DNA of 64,000 nucleotides from Xylographa opegraphella (taxonomy: Eukaryota). Within the stretch, counting starts at the first letter, position 1, and each line of letters begins with the position of its first letter. Positions 50,552 to 61,948 of the stretch are shown here, one piece after another. The position numbers were made by a program, and so were the translations under genes. The notes under the pieces were generated by a model. That model was not told the DNA's origin. It ran no database searches and worked only from the letters and a program-made list of their open reading frames with translations. The DNA lies in NCBI GenBank assembly GCA_022813865.1, contig JALDZX010000068.1, forward strand, positions 1-64,000, given 5' to 3'.

Positions 50552-52272
50552 ATGGTTAGTGCGTCATATCTTGCTGGTACAATAAGGGAGGGAAGAGCTG
50601 GTTCTGATCCGTCACATTTTACGTTGTGCATTTTGGCAACATGAATCTTGTCAATATCTCTATAGAACGAACACAACTCCTATCTGATCAGTTCGAGTGA
50701 TCAGCTGTGAGTTCGTCAGCATAAGTAAGTAGATATACAGGATGCAATGGCATGGTTAAAAGAGGCAGCCATGACCTTCACTTCTCAAAATGTTCGAGTG
50801 TCCGGGGTTTGATACCTGATGTCGAGGTTGCGCTCATAATGCCGTGTGCCGAGGATTAACCCTAGCTTTCGACTAGTCCCTGTCGCTCCTGAGATGTAGG
50901 CACTGTGGCCTAAGGTACGCAGGAATGCGCCATGCATCGAGCCTTCGTTACGCGCTTTGCACCTTTCCATTGACTGGAAAGTCTGGGCCAAAGTGGCTTG
51001 CTGCCCAAGCAGCCAAGTACGATCTGCACGAGTTAAGTGATGCAACGGCGGGACTCTGTATCAAACTTGAAAGCAATCATTGACTAAATATCCACAACAA
51101 AGCTGCTCCGAAATCAGATCATTTGTCGGCTGTCCGGGATTCCTAGACTAGGTATAGACGGCAGCTGCCGAATTCTCAAAGACTCCAAGCAAATGATTAA
51201 AGGAAAGACGGTCCTTCTACGGAGTGTTTCCAAACGAAATGCTACTGTGGTCTGAATGAGGCGGGTAGCCACACGATTGACCGTTGTGATCGACAATGGT
51301 GGTGTATGTTAGTCGATCGGACAAACTCATGTCTCAGCCACACTAGTGTTCAATCCCTGACTGCACCAAGCTCAAACTGGAACATTGCAACGAGTGTAGA
51401 TTGCTACCCTGCAAGGAACGTAACGTAACGAGCTCTACTGGCAAGGGAGAACATTTCTCATTGCCTGCACCGCAGAAAACCTGTCTATACTCACAGAGAG
51501 GAGGTGTGAATCGGCGGCAAAGACGAGGTTAGACTCTTCCAGCATTTTGCGTAGCGAGCGACAGCAGATTTGCCGCGTTAGAGCATATTAAATGTATACG
51601 ACAGACATATCTACTTCTCAACATATTGCTTCTTCAACAGGTCAAATCTTTGAGTACAGCACGAAGCTGGATGGATACGTGGAGATTCAGCTACTGAAAA
51701 TAATCATATATGTACGGATCCAATAAAAATGGCGCGAAACAACCGCGGATTATGTTACAATGCCAAATTATGAGTACGAAAATCTATCACGTTAGCACAC
51801 CCTGATCTCGTTGTTGTGTTACACATAAAGGTATTTGACTCAGATAAAGTCGGACACGAAGTTGTTGGCATTGGTCCTCGTAAGGGTGGTGTGATGCAGC
51901 TACCCTAATACAAGCATTGAATTTTGCTAGCTTTTAGGGTTTGATTTGTCCTTTATGCACGTGAGAGCATTGGGACATGTAAGGGATGCATGCCACTTTT
52001 GGTCTTGATCTGGCCTTCCGTCGCAGGCTGTCTCAGTAGAGCGCGTCCGAGATGCGTGGACCTTATATAACATGTATGATTGTCTCTCATCAGGTCAATT
52101 CCCTCAGGGACGGTTGTTCTTTGCTTGCAAGGCTCAGAACTGATAGCACTTTTGGGCTCTCATCATACTATTCACAACCTCAACAGTGAGTTACAGCCAC
52201 GATCCATCGCTCAAGCATCCTAGACTCACAGCTTCTCATCCGATAGGCTCATTTGCGGAAGCTAGCATCCCT

Positions 52273-52770
52273 ATGGACTCCTCGTATCCCGAAGAAGTGC
52301 GGAAATATTATGCTGAAGCCCAGCAAAACGAAACACAGCCAGCGGTGCACTTGTTCTGGATGAACTGGATGAAGTGGTATCTAGGAGACATGATGACCGT
52401 TGAGGAAGAAGACATTGACGATGTCCGGGCACAAGGAAGCGGCCGTAGAGCCTTCAAGATCTCTTGGAACGGCAAAGTGCAAATGACAGGGCAAACGTCC
52501 ACCGGTAAGGATGCCGATGCTGAGGTGATGGCTGCTCAGACAGCTCAATATCACCTTGATATGGGAGCAGATTTTCAGATATTCGTGTTGGACTGTCGAG
52601 GAACCAAGTGTAATGTTCTGCGGATGTGGATGAATGCCGGCGAATCTGAATGGGAGGTGGCTATCAGCGATATTGAGCTTCCCGAAGACCACGCAAAGCT
52701 TGGGGAAGCTTTCCATCGTGGATTTCGACATGTTCGCATTCCAAATCTCGAGAAAAGAATAAATCCATGA
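52273..52770 (+). CDS. hypothetical 165-aa protein
   Basis: ATG 52273 after a probable 5'UTR intron (GTGAGT at 52186 to TAG near 52246); TATA-like TATATAA near 52064. Confidence 0.65.
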   Translation: MDSSYPEEVRKYYAEAQQNETQPAVHLFWMNWMKWYLGDMMTVEEEDIDDVRAQGSGRRAFKISWNGKVQMTGQTSTGKDADAEVMAAQTAQYHLDMGADFQIFVLDCRGTKCNVLRMWMNAGESEWEVAISDIELPEDHAKLGEAFHRGFRHVRIPNLEKRINP

Positions 52771-54144
52771 AAAGACGAAAGCAACCGAGGCGGCAGGACG
52801 TACGAGGGCGCTTAGGACAGCGAGGCTTTCGGTCTACTTATGGTTCATGCTGTATCCTTACCTTATTTGGTAGCCGTTGGCAATGTGCGGATTCACAAAC
52901 TTCGGAACGGAGACAATCGTATTGGTCATAGGCAACACCGTTCGATGGCTGTTGTGCGAGAAATAGTCAAAGCACGTTGGAATATATTCGGAACCACATG
53001 GATGTTGCTAGAACGTGTCGTGTAAAGTTGTCACTGTGAAACACGACAGTGATGCAGAATAACCGATTAAGATTCGTGCCAAGAAGCATTCTGTCATAAG
53101 TCGACGACCATGTTGGACAGTAGCAGCAAACTCAAGTTGAAAGTAATGAAGAGAACTATCAACTGTGGTCGTTGTTCAAGACCCGAATGTTAAAATACAC
53201 TCTGACTGAAACCCCCCCCCAATAGGCCTACTTGCTTCGTATCAACCTACAATGTCACGAGATAGGTAATCAGTTTTAAAAGACTCACCGGAATGGCTAA
53301 GCCGGTCGTGCTTCTCCTCTGTATAGTAGAGTATAACGGACTTTCCATCTGGATATTTCGCTCCCAAGACCCATCTTTTCACCCCCAATATGCTTGCGGA
53401 TTTCAATGCGGATTTCAATGAGCGTCCCCGTCTCGTCGCTGAAAATAACGGCAAAACGATCACGTCTGGTATTTCAGTGCGCATAATCAGAAATAGAGGC
53501 AAATGCAAAGATGAAGTGCGACAGTTATCGGTCTTAGAATGTCATTCGCTGGTAGCTTGACGTAACCGAGGTCTTGGAAGCTGGCATGCAACCATGTCGG
53601 ATGTCATGTCTTGTAGTCTTGCAACCACTGATCGATGGAACTGTCGTCATCGCATGAAGAGAAAAGAATAGCTATACAGCGGACGATATAACCGTCCAAC
53701 GCTTCGCAACCTCGCAGCCAAGAAACCCGAATGGTCCACGTTGAAAGTAGTCGCTGTGACGGTAAAAACAGTAGATTTCGAGGACAAAAATATTAAAACC
53801 TTACGGAGCCAAGTTCTTGCGGAGAGTTGAGTACTTTTAGTTGTGGTGCAACCATGTATTGTATAAATTCTGGTGGCACTGGTTGGCAGGGTTGGCAGTC
53901 CTTCCTCATTCATCTTCCTCCATTTTCAACAACTAAGCGTTACAAGGTTGAGTGACCGACCATGTAATAAGTTGCCTTAACTTAACCTTCCATGCGATAG
54001 ACAAATTTCCTAGGGAACCTTTGAAAGCGTGCACAATCAAGGCTACTGCAATATAAGACTCCATATTTCACAATCTACATCCGTAGTAGCTCGGGCGCCA
54101 ATTGGCGCCACACCATGACCAAGGTAGTTAGCGCTCAATGCCTA

Positions 54145-54157
54145 GCGCGTTGTTTAC
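54145..54157. promoter_or_regulatory. MCB-like core (CGCGT) abutting a forkhead site (TGTTTAC)
   Basis: GCGCGTTGTTTAC about 150 bp upstream of the BRCT gene ATG. Confidence 0.4.
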
Positions 54158-54302
54158 ATAGAAACACTTTGTTGACATCAGTTTGCTCTGGAATTCTTCA
54201 TGAACTTGACGGGGTCTCAATGCCCGTGTGATATTGCCAGCAGGATCTATGGTTACCTCTACAACTTCTGTTCATTTGAGGAAACGTAAAGCAACGACCG
54301 AC

Positions 54303-57300
54303 ATGCCTGACTCACCTCCGAAACGTGTAACACGCGCAAGAGCGAAGGCGGATGCAGAGGCCAACCCAGGCATCAAAACCACAAAGATTACAACCGCTTC
54401 GGCACGAATCGCTGCCGAGAACAATACCTCAGCGAAGGCTGCAATAGCAACCAAGCGAAAGCTTCGAGTAATAGAACAGAAAGCCGAAACGGAGCAGCCT
54501 ACCGGAGGACCCGGTGATGTTGAGACCAAGGTATCCGAAGCGCCAAAGTCTCGCGGTCGGCCTAAAAGGTCAACTAAAGAATCAGATCCCCAAATCGTGG
54601 AAGTAGATGCAGTACAAAGAACGCGGAGTCGGGTTGGAAACAACAAGCTGGATAACGAAGGGAGCGAGCCGGCCGTCAAAAAGCTGAAGAGCAGATCTAA
54701 ATCATCGGAGGAGACGGTTCAAAAGGACCAGAAGACCATCCAGACGAGACCCACCGTGCTGAATGTAGCAAAGAGGATCACTCGCGCTAGGACTACGCCA
54801 GACAAATCCAATCCATCAGCTTCCACTGTCGTAAAGGTACCTACCGTGAAGAAGAAGGTTACCTTTGAAGAGACCCCACAGGATGATAAGGAGAACGTTA
54901 TTGTGCCATCCGGAAACATCAGAAAGCCGCAGCCGAAGTCGACTGGCTTGAGAGCCAAACCTGTGAGAAAACCTCCGACAGGGAAAGGCAATGTAGGAGA
55001 AAAAGGCGCCGACAGCCTGAAGGACAACAAGATATGTACAGCTTCTGGCGAAATCACTCAGCCACTGTCACCAAAGAAGGTGAATCAAGTAGCAAAGAGT
55101 AGCTCAATCAGCTCTGAAGATGAACTATGTGGAGACAAGAGTCCCCTAAGGACGCTCAGCAAGTCACCAGTCAAGCCTCCTATGAGTGCTAGCCGTACAT
55201 GGGAGAGTACTATTTCAAGAGTGGAGCTTGCTCTGGAATCAAATTCACCAACCAAGCTGTCGAGTTCGTCAATTCTGGCAAGTCCGGCTCGTCGCCCACC
55301 GCCATCCCCCTTCAAGGACATTCTGAAGGACTCCCCGAAAAGAATTAACTTCGAAGGTTTGGTTGCCATTCCGTCTCATTCACAATCGCAGAACTTGTAT
55401 ACGCTCAAAGCATCACCGAAGAAGACCAATCTTGGCAATGGGATCCCATTGCCATGTCCCAATCACTCCCAGACACCATTGAAGACATCCTTGTTCCAGT
55501 CTCCAGCTCGGCGACCTGTTTCAGGTTCTCTGTCGTCCTTGAAGCCACCAAATACAATCGATAAAGCTCATGATCTGAAAGTTACCAACGACTTCTCGCT
55601 TCCGGTCTTCACGCCTTCCAACTTGTGCAGCAGTCCCTTAAGAGCAGCCACGCCTAAGGAAACCCCGGTCAAGGTGCATCGAATAACAGCAAACGAGAAA
55701 GATGCGCATACCGTTGAGACGCTTGACCCTAATCGAGATGAGCTGCTCGAGCAGGAGGGAAGAAATATTGAAAACTCAATTCAGGTCTCTTCAACTACAG
55801 CAGAGGTACCGGTAAAAGTCAAAAGCTTTCCAGCGCTTGATGTACTTGATGAATCAGAATTGCCACAAGAAATGCCCAAATCTCAATGTACAACTCCTCC
55901 TGGAGAGCCAACATACGACGCTGCAATTCTATTCAGTCAAGCCACCAATAAATTCAGGTATATGGCGGAGGAATCAGATTCCGAAGACGAGCTCCAGTCT
56001 ACCTATAATACTACGAACAAACCGCCCTTGAGTATTTCAGATATACAGCACCTAAAAATAGAGCGAGCCGACGATTTATCATCAACAGCACCAGCCACTT
56101 ATGCAAGCCATGCCCTAAGCTCTTCTTCCAGACGGCGACAATTGCATAGCTACTATGGACGTCGAAGTTTGAGTCCGTCGAAGACAGTCGATTTCTCTAT
56201 GACGCCACTTGCACTACAGTTGAGCTCGTGGCTAGCATCTTCTCCAGAAAATACTGCTTTGAGTCGCAATCTCAACCAAACTTGCATGCCCTCTTCTCTA
56301 TTCAACAAAACTCGTGGCAGCAATACGAGCAGCGAGGAACAGTCAATTCCATCCCCTGTAAAGTCAACACTGTTCGACGATGAAATGCTTGTTCGCGACC
56401 AAGAGGCTACAATTTTAATGGAAGTTAAGCCTGAAACCGGAAACCTAGATCAAGCCATAAGTCTGGCTGAGAGGCAGCAGTCGGAGGAACCTGAGGAGTT
56501 CGGCGATGAGAACGCTGTCCCAATTGACCCTCAGCTATTTGGCCTTCAATATACGCCTCGTCCGACGCTTGAAACATGTACACCTTCAAGGGTATTTCAA
56601 CCGAACCCACGAGAGATACATACTGTCTCAAAAGTGCCTCTGAGACCAGCAGGAGACGAGTCACCTATCACTTTGCGCCGATTAAGAAGTAAATCGTTCT
56701 CAGATTCTTCGATAATGGCTAAAGCCATTTTAAGACCGGATTTGACTAGAAGTAATACTGTTATCTCCTACAGTCTTGGTGATGATCAAGACACGAACTT
56801 GGACTTAGGTTGCAATGTCAAATCCATCGAAGCATCTACGGATGTGAGCTCAGCCACTGGAGCAATTTCCACTCCCATCAACAAAGCTTTATCAAATTTT
56901 GTTACGCCCGTACGAACCCCCCGTGTTGGTCTTAATGCTCAAACAATGCGAGGCGCAGTTGTATTTGTTGACGTACATACGACAGAAGGCGCTGATGCAA
57001 GTGGCATATTCATTGAGCTTCTGACTCAGATGGGTGCAAAATGCGTTAAACAGTGGACATGGAATCCACATGCCACATGTCAAGTATGCCCAGCTCAACG
57101 TCGTGCCCCTAATGGGGCAAAATCTCTTGGTAAAATTGGTATAACCCATGTTGTATACAAGGATGGGGGGAAGAGGACTTTAGAGAAGGTCAGAGAAAGC
57201 AATGGACTAGTGCTTTGCGTGGGTGTGGGCTGGGTATTGGAGTAAGTACAGATTCATGACGACCCAAGCGAAAATGTCTAATGTTTTCTGGTAGTTGTGA

Positions 57301-57853
57301 ACGCGAGAACCGCTGGCTTGATGAGTTAGACTATGCGGTTGATACCTCTATTGTCCCTCGAGGTGGTCAGAGGCGCCGAAAGTCAATGGAGCCTAAGATG
57401 CTCGCAAATATCAATGGCAGTGTCATGCCTTCAGAAATACCTGCACGGGTTTCGTTTGACCTGTCGCCAACTAAAGAGTTTCTCAATCTTAGCTCACCAG
57501 TGTCACGACGCGACTCTATAGCTGCGTGTTCTTCGGAGCCACAAACTCCGAAGATGGCTGAGAACATTTACGAAGGATATGATGACGGTGCCTCATCCTG
57601 GGATTCACCGGCAACACCTTATTATCTCAACAAGGGTGCAGAGCTGGTACAACAAACATGTCCTCCGAAGCGGACACTGCAGCCGCTATTCCCGCTTTCG
57701 GGGAGAATTGAAGACCAACCGGATGAAAGTGTGAGACAGAGATTGCTGCTTGCGAGAAGGAAGAGTTTGCAATGGGCGCCCAAGGTGGGAAGCCCTCTGG
57801 GAAGGGCAGTAAGCTATGGTAAAGAAGACATGCAAAATGGAGGGATGCTCTGA
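54303..57853 (+). CDS. large Ser/Pro-rich protein with C-terminal BRCT domain
   Basis: GAVVFVDVHTTEGADASGIFIELLTQMGAKCVKQWTW...ITHVVYKDGG...CVGVGWVLD|CERENRW; one intron after 57242. Start could be 54249 or 54303. Confidence 0.88.
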
Positions 57854-58329
57854 GATTTGAAATGTTGTTATGATAGCCCATGTGGGTCTACTGACCACGT
57901 GCTTTTGGCGGTAAGGCGTAATACTTTGGAAATTTGTGCGTTGTAAAGTGCCTACCACAAACTGAAGCCAGCAACATGTCTACTCAAGACCTATTCGGTA
58001 TACCTAGAAATCTCAGTACTTAGTGTTCATATGTTTTCTTGTTTGACTATCCGGTTCATTGCCTGTTCTGCCTCATTCGGATGCCCTAAGTAGTCAAGAT
58101 AACATAGCCTAATCCAATAAGGACGGCCGTCGTCGAGTGAGCAGCTCTCCCTTCTTGCTACTTTCTTCGCACACTCAACAAGCATCCGTCGTAACGAGTG
58201 CCTCCATCTGGCTCGGCGGAGAGCATCCTTTGCTCGTATTAATCCATTGCTGTTGTACACAAGCTTCTCGATGTCCTCCGCAATCTTCTAGCAAATATAC
58301 GACGGCGTGTACTATTTTATCTCGCCAAA

Positions 58330-58773
58330 TCATGCCGCTGCGGACACAAATGCTGTCATCGCTTTGACAGCGTCTCCTTCATGCGCTCTGAGCAACTCCG
58401 TGGCTTTCACCTTAGTCAGGTCCAACTCTTCTACCTGCACAAATTAACGTCAGACCAGCGGAGTAATTCATACACGACTGACTAGTAACGCGACATCACC
58501 CTGGTCGACTTTCACAATCTTCTTCTTCACTGCTTCCGCTCCCTTCTTCTCTTGCGTAGCCTTTCCTTTCCCAGCAACCTCTAGCCGGCTCATAGCTTCA
58601 CCGAGTGCCTTTTGATCAACATCTGACTTCTTCGCTGTGGCGTCGTCTTCCTCGCTGCGGTTTTCAAGCGAAGAAAGAGCCGCAGCTGCTTTTCGATCCT
58701 CTGCACTGGTGGGGGCTACTGGGTGATCATCGTCGACACCTTCATGAACCGCGGCGGGCTGAGGTTCGGCCAT
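58330..58773 (-). CDS. HYPK: HYPK-like protein (C-terminal UBA-like domain)
   Basis: Spliced C-terminus VKVDQGDVALL|VEELDLTKVKATELLRAHEGDAVKAM. Confidence 0.8.
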
Positions 58774-59225
58774 CGTGCTGTCTGCGACAACGTCAAAAAG
58801 TCGGATTTTGGACGTCGGAATACAACCAGATAGCGAGGAATCAGTATGCAGCAGTCAAAACGAGCCATGAATACCTTACACGGGTTGTCAAAATTACAAC
58901 AATCCTGAAGCTAGTTGTATCTTACACGAATTTTATGCAGGTACCACACATTCGTTTTGTGCAGAACCTCCAAAAATCTTTGCCTAGGTATGATTTCATG
59001 AACTTCACACTTCCTCATTCGTAATCGCTTGGTTTTCTTCAGCATGTGATCTTGATCTGCCTGCTTTTAGCTATTTTTTTGCTGCGCCTTTCTACTGCCG
59101 AGAATCTGCGGCACCTTTGGCATATATAACTCAAGAAACTTGCTAAAGAAGGTGTGAATCGTACATTGTGTAACCATTTATATGTTATATCCAGACCGTA
59201 GCATTCTTTACCAATCCCTACTCGA

Positions 59226-60725
59226 ATGGCATCTGCAAATATTCAAGTTCGAAATGAGACTATCGACTCCAGTAAAGATGCGCAGACTGCTGCGGAGCTG
59301 AAAACCGTCTATGGCCATTCGACCAAGACTCTTCCAGGCTCTTGGTCTCCATCTTCTTGGATAAGCAAACCTATTAAGCAAGATGTCTCATACAAAGATC
59401 GTTCCGCTGTTATTCAGGCACTTGCAAAGTTAGAGAGACTCCCTCCAATCGTCACACCGTCAGAGATTATCAAACTAAGGAAAAGTTTGAGAGATGTTGC
59501 CCTAGGAAAGGCATTTCTCTTGCAAGGTGGAGATTGTGCCGAGCTCTTCGATTACTGTGAACAGAATGCAATAGAATCGAAAATCAAATTACTTCTGCAA
59601 ATGAGCTTGATTCTGATCTGGGGCGCGAAAAAACCAGTTGTGCGTATCGCTCGTATGGCTGGCCAATTCGCTAAACCGCGCTCGAGTCCTTTGGAAATGT
59701 ACAATGGCAAGGAGATACACTCCTTCCGTGGTGACAATATCAACGGCTATGATCCAGAAGATCGGACACCAGATCCTTCTCGACTGGTGGCTGCCTACTT
59801 CCATTCTGCAAGTACAGCAAATTATATTCGAGCTTGTTTAGCCTCAGGTATTGCTGATTTGCATTCACCTCTTGATTGGGGACTCGGCCATGTCCGGGAT
59901 GACAACATAAAGGCCCAGTATCAGAGTATTGTCGAAAGCATAACCGAGAGCCTACGGTTTATGCGGACAGTTGGTGCTGATAGTACCGCGAATGGTCTTG
60001 ACACCGTAGACCTTTACACCAGTCATGAAGGTCTTCTCTTGGAATACGAGCAGAGCCTTACCAGAAGACTCAAACATCCAGCGGCAAGAGCAGATCTTGT
60101 GAAGGATAATGTTATACATGAAGGTGACGGAAAAGGCTGGTATAATACTTCGGCGCATTTTCTTTGGATTGGCGATCGGACCAGGCAGCTAGATGGAGCG
60201 CATGTGGAGTACTTTCGTGGTCTGGAGAATCCAATCGGAATCAAGGTCGGTCCGTCAATGGAAGGAGACGAACTCGTCAAACTGCTGGACATTGTCAGTC
60301 CACATAAAGAGATAGGGAAAGTGACACTTATCACTCGTTACGGGGAAAGCAAAGTCGAGGCTTTGCTTGGCGAGCACATTGAAGCAGTCAAGAAGAGCGG
60401 CCATATTGTTGTTTGGCAATGCGACCCTATGCATGGGAATACACGCAGCACACCGGCTGGAGTGAAGACAAGGCAATTCTCTTCAATACTCAGTGAAGTT
60501 TCGAGTGCCTTAAAAATACACAATCAGCACGGGTCATTTCTTGGAGGCGTACACCTAGAATTAACCGGGGACGCGGTCACGGAGTGCGTGGGTGGGAGCG
60601 AGGGACTAACCGACGATGATCTGAGCCTGAACTATACAACATACTGTGATCCTCGTCTCAACGAAAAGCAATCACTGGAGTTGGCCTTTCTGGTTGCGGG
60701 ACACTATCGAAACAGACAGGTTTGA
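59226..60725 (+). CDS. aro-8: class II DAHP synthase (Neurospora aro-8 type)
   Basis: LLQGGDCAE, RMAGQFAKPRS, YTSHEGLLLEYE, WIGDRTRQLDGAH, CDPMHGNT, GGVHLELTG and CDPRLN. Confidence 0.95.
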   Translation: MASANIQVRNETIDSSKDAQTAAELKTVYGHSTKTLPGSWSPSSWISKPIKQDVSYKDRSAVIQALAKLERLPPIVTPSEIIKLRKSLRDVALGKAFLLQGGDCAELFDYCEQNAIESKIKLLLQMSLILIWGAKKPVVRIARMAGQFAKPRSSPLEMYNGKEIHSFRGDNINGYDPEDRTPDPSRLVAAYFHSASTANYIRACLASGIADLHSPLDWGLGHVRDDNIKAQYQSIVESITESLRFMRTVGADSTANGLDTVDLYTSHEGLLLEYEQSLTRRLKHPAARADLVKDNVIHEGDGKGWYNTSAHFLWIGDRTRQLDGAHVEYFRGLENPIGIKVGPSMEGDELVKLLDIVSPHKEIGKVTLITRYGESKVEALLGEHIEAVKKSGHIVVWQCDPMHGNTRSTPAGVKTRQFSSILSEVSSALKIHNQHGSFLGGVHLELTGDAVTECVGGSEGLTDDDLSLNYTTYCDPRLNEKQSLELAFLVAGHYRNRQV

Positions 60726-61096
60726 AAGGGGCTCTTGTCATCGATACTGGATACCTGCTTTCACGTTCCATCAACTACTTTTCTAATAGTTCGCTAAACA
60801 CTTCTTCTTCCACTTCTGTCAAGCACTTCTTACTCTCGACCACTTTGTCCGCTTCTCATCAGCTCCACTTCTCTTGCTTTCCGTCAATCACTCCTCTCAC
60901 TTCCATCAACCACGACCGCCATCACAAGCTTCAACGAAGAATCACTGCTGTCCAACACCATTGCACTGCTTTTACCACCCCTGATCTTCAACGGAACCCG
61001 TTTTTCAAACAATAGACTGTAAGTACTATGTTCGTGTCCTAGTGATCACTCACAAACCTATCCGATTTCTGTGTCATAGGTTAAACTATTGTCAGA

Positions 61097-61707
61097 ATGG
61101 AAAACACAATCGACGACTCCTTAGATCGTAATGAAATACCATCAGAAACAACACCAGCCGCACTCGAAGCGCCTCCTCCTACCACAAACCAGGCTGCAGG
61201 CGCCAATCCCGTCCGAATCCCTGTTGAGGTGCTCATGTTTCTGAATGAATTTTTCCTCGCAATGCAGATTCCCCCTACTGTTTTCACTGACGACCAAGAG
61301 CACGTTTATCGTCACAGTCAGGCAGTGTTGCTGCGAACGCTCATTGAAGCACATCGTGTTGAACGACGTCTGGGTAGATTTGCAAATGCTTGCATAGAGC
61401 TAGCACGTGTCGTTGAGGAGAGGTCTCACGAGTTAAATGCCCGGGAACACTTGGCTGCTCAAGTACACCTTGCCAGGGCTCGTGAAAACGAGGCAATCAT
61501 AAACCGCATACAGACTGTATCGATCAGAGTGGAAGGAGAACGGTTTGGTGCCCGGTTACGACGTGCTGGGGAGGCTGTACGAAGTATCTTCCGCCGATCC
61601 CGTCGTCAAGCAGAACAAGATAGTGATGACGAGAATTGGCAATTCGGTAAGTACATCCCTATGATAGATATGTATTCGAAGTTTAGCTAATAGCGAATAC
61701 AGACTAG
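61097..61707 (+). CDS. hypothetical helical/coiled-coil protein
   Basis: ATG after a 5'UTR intron (about 61019-61079); a terminal intron ending at 61702 gives ...WQFD*. Confidence 0.6.
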
Positions 61708-61948
61708 AATAGAGTATTACAGGGACTGTGATCAGTGTTCAAGTCCATGGCTACAGAGAGAGGCCTTCTGTCCACGCCGGTTTGCTTTCTATATAGGAAT
61801 AGGTAATGTTTGAGGACGTTCGTGGTTGCCTTTTCCGGCAGCCGAGCAAACGTTCGTGTGTTTACCTATCAGGAAGGAGGTCAATTGTAATCTATTCTCT
61901 CGCATGCGTTTCTTTAGCCTTGATAACATTAATCGTCCACCTCCGAAC

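Noticed and set aside
53242..53913. Two in-frame 88-aa ORFs as a pseudogene
   Set aside because: No recognisable motif or clear coding bias; cannot be supported without a homology search.
59226..60725. Class II DAHP synthase as HGT or secondary-metabolite cluster marker
   Set aside because: Class II enzymes are normal in filamentous ascomycetes (Neurospora aro-8), and the neighbours are HYPK and BRCT genes, not biosynthetic genes.
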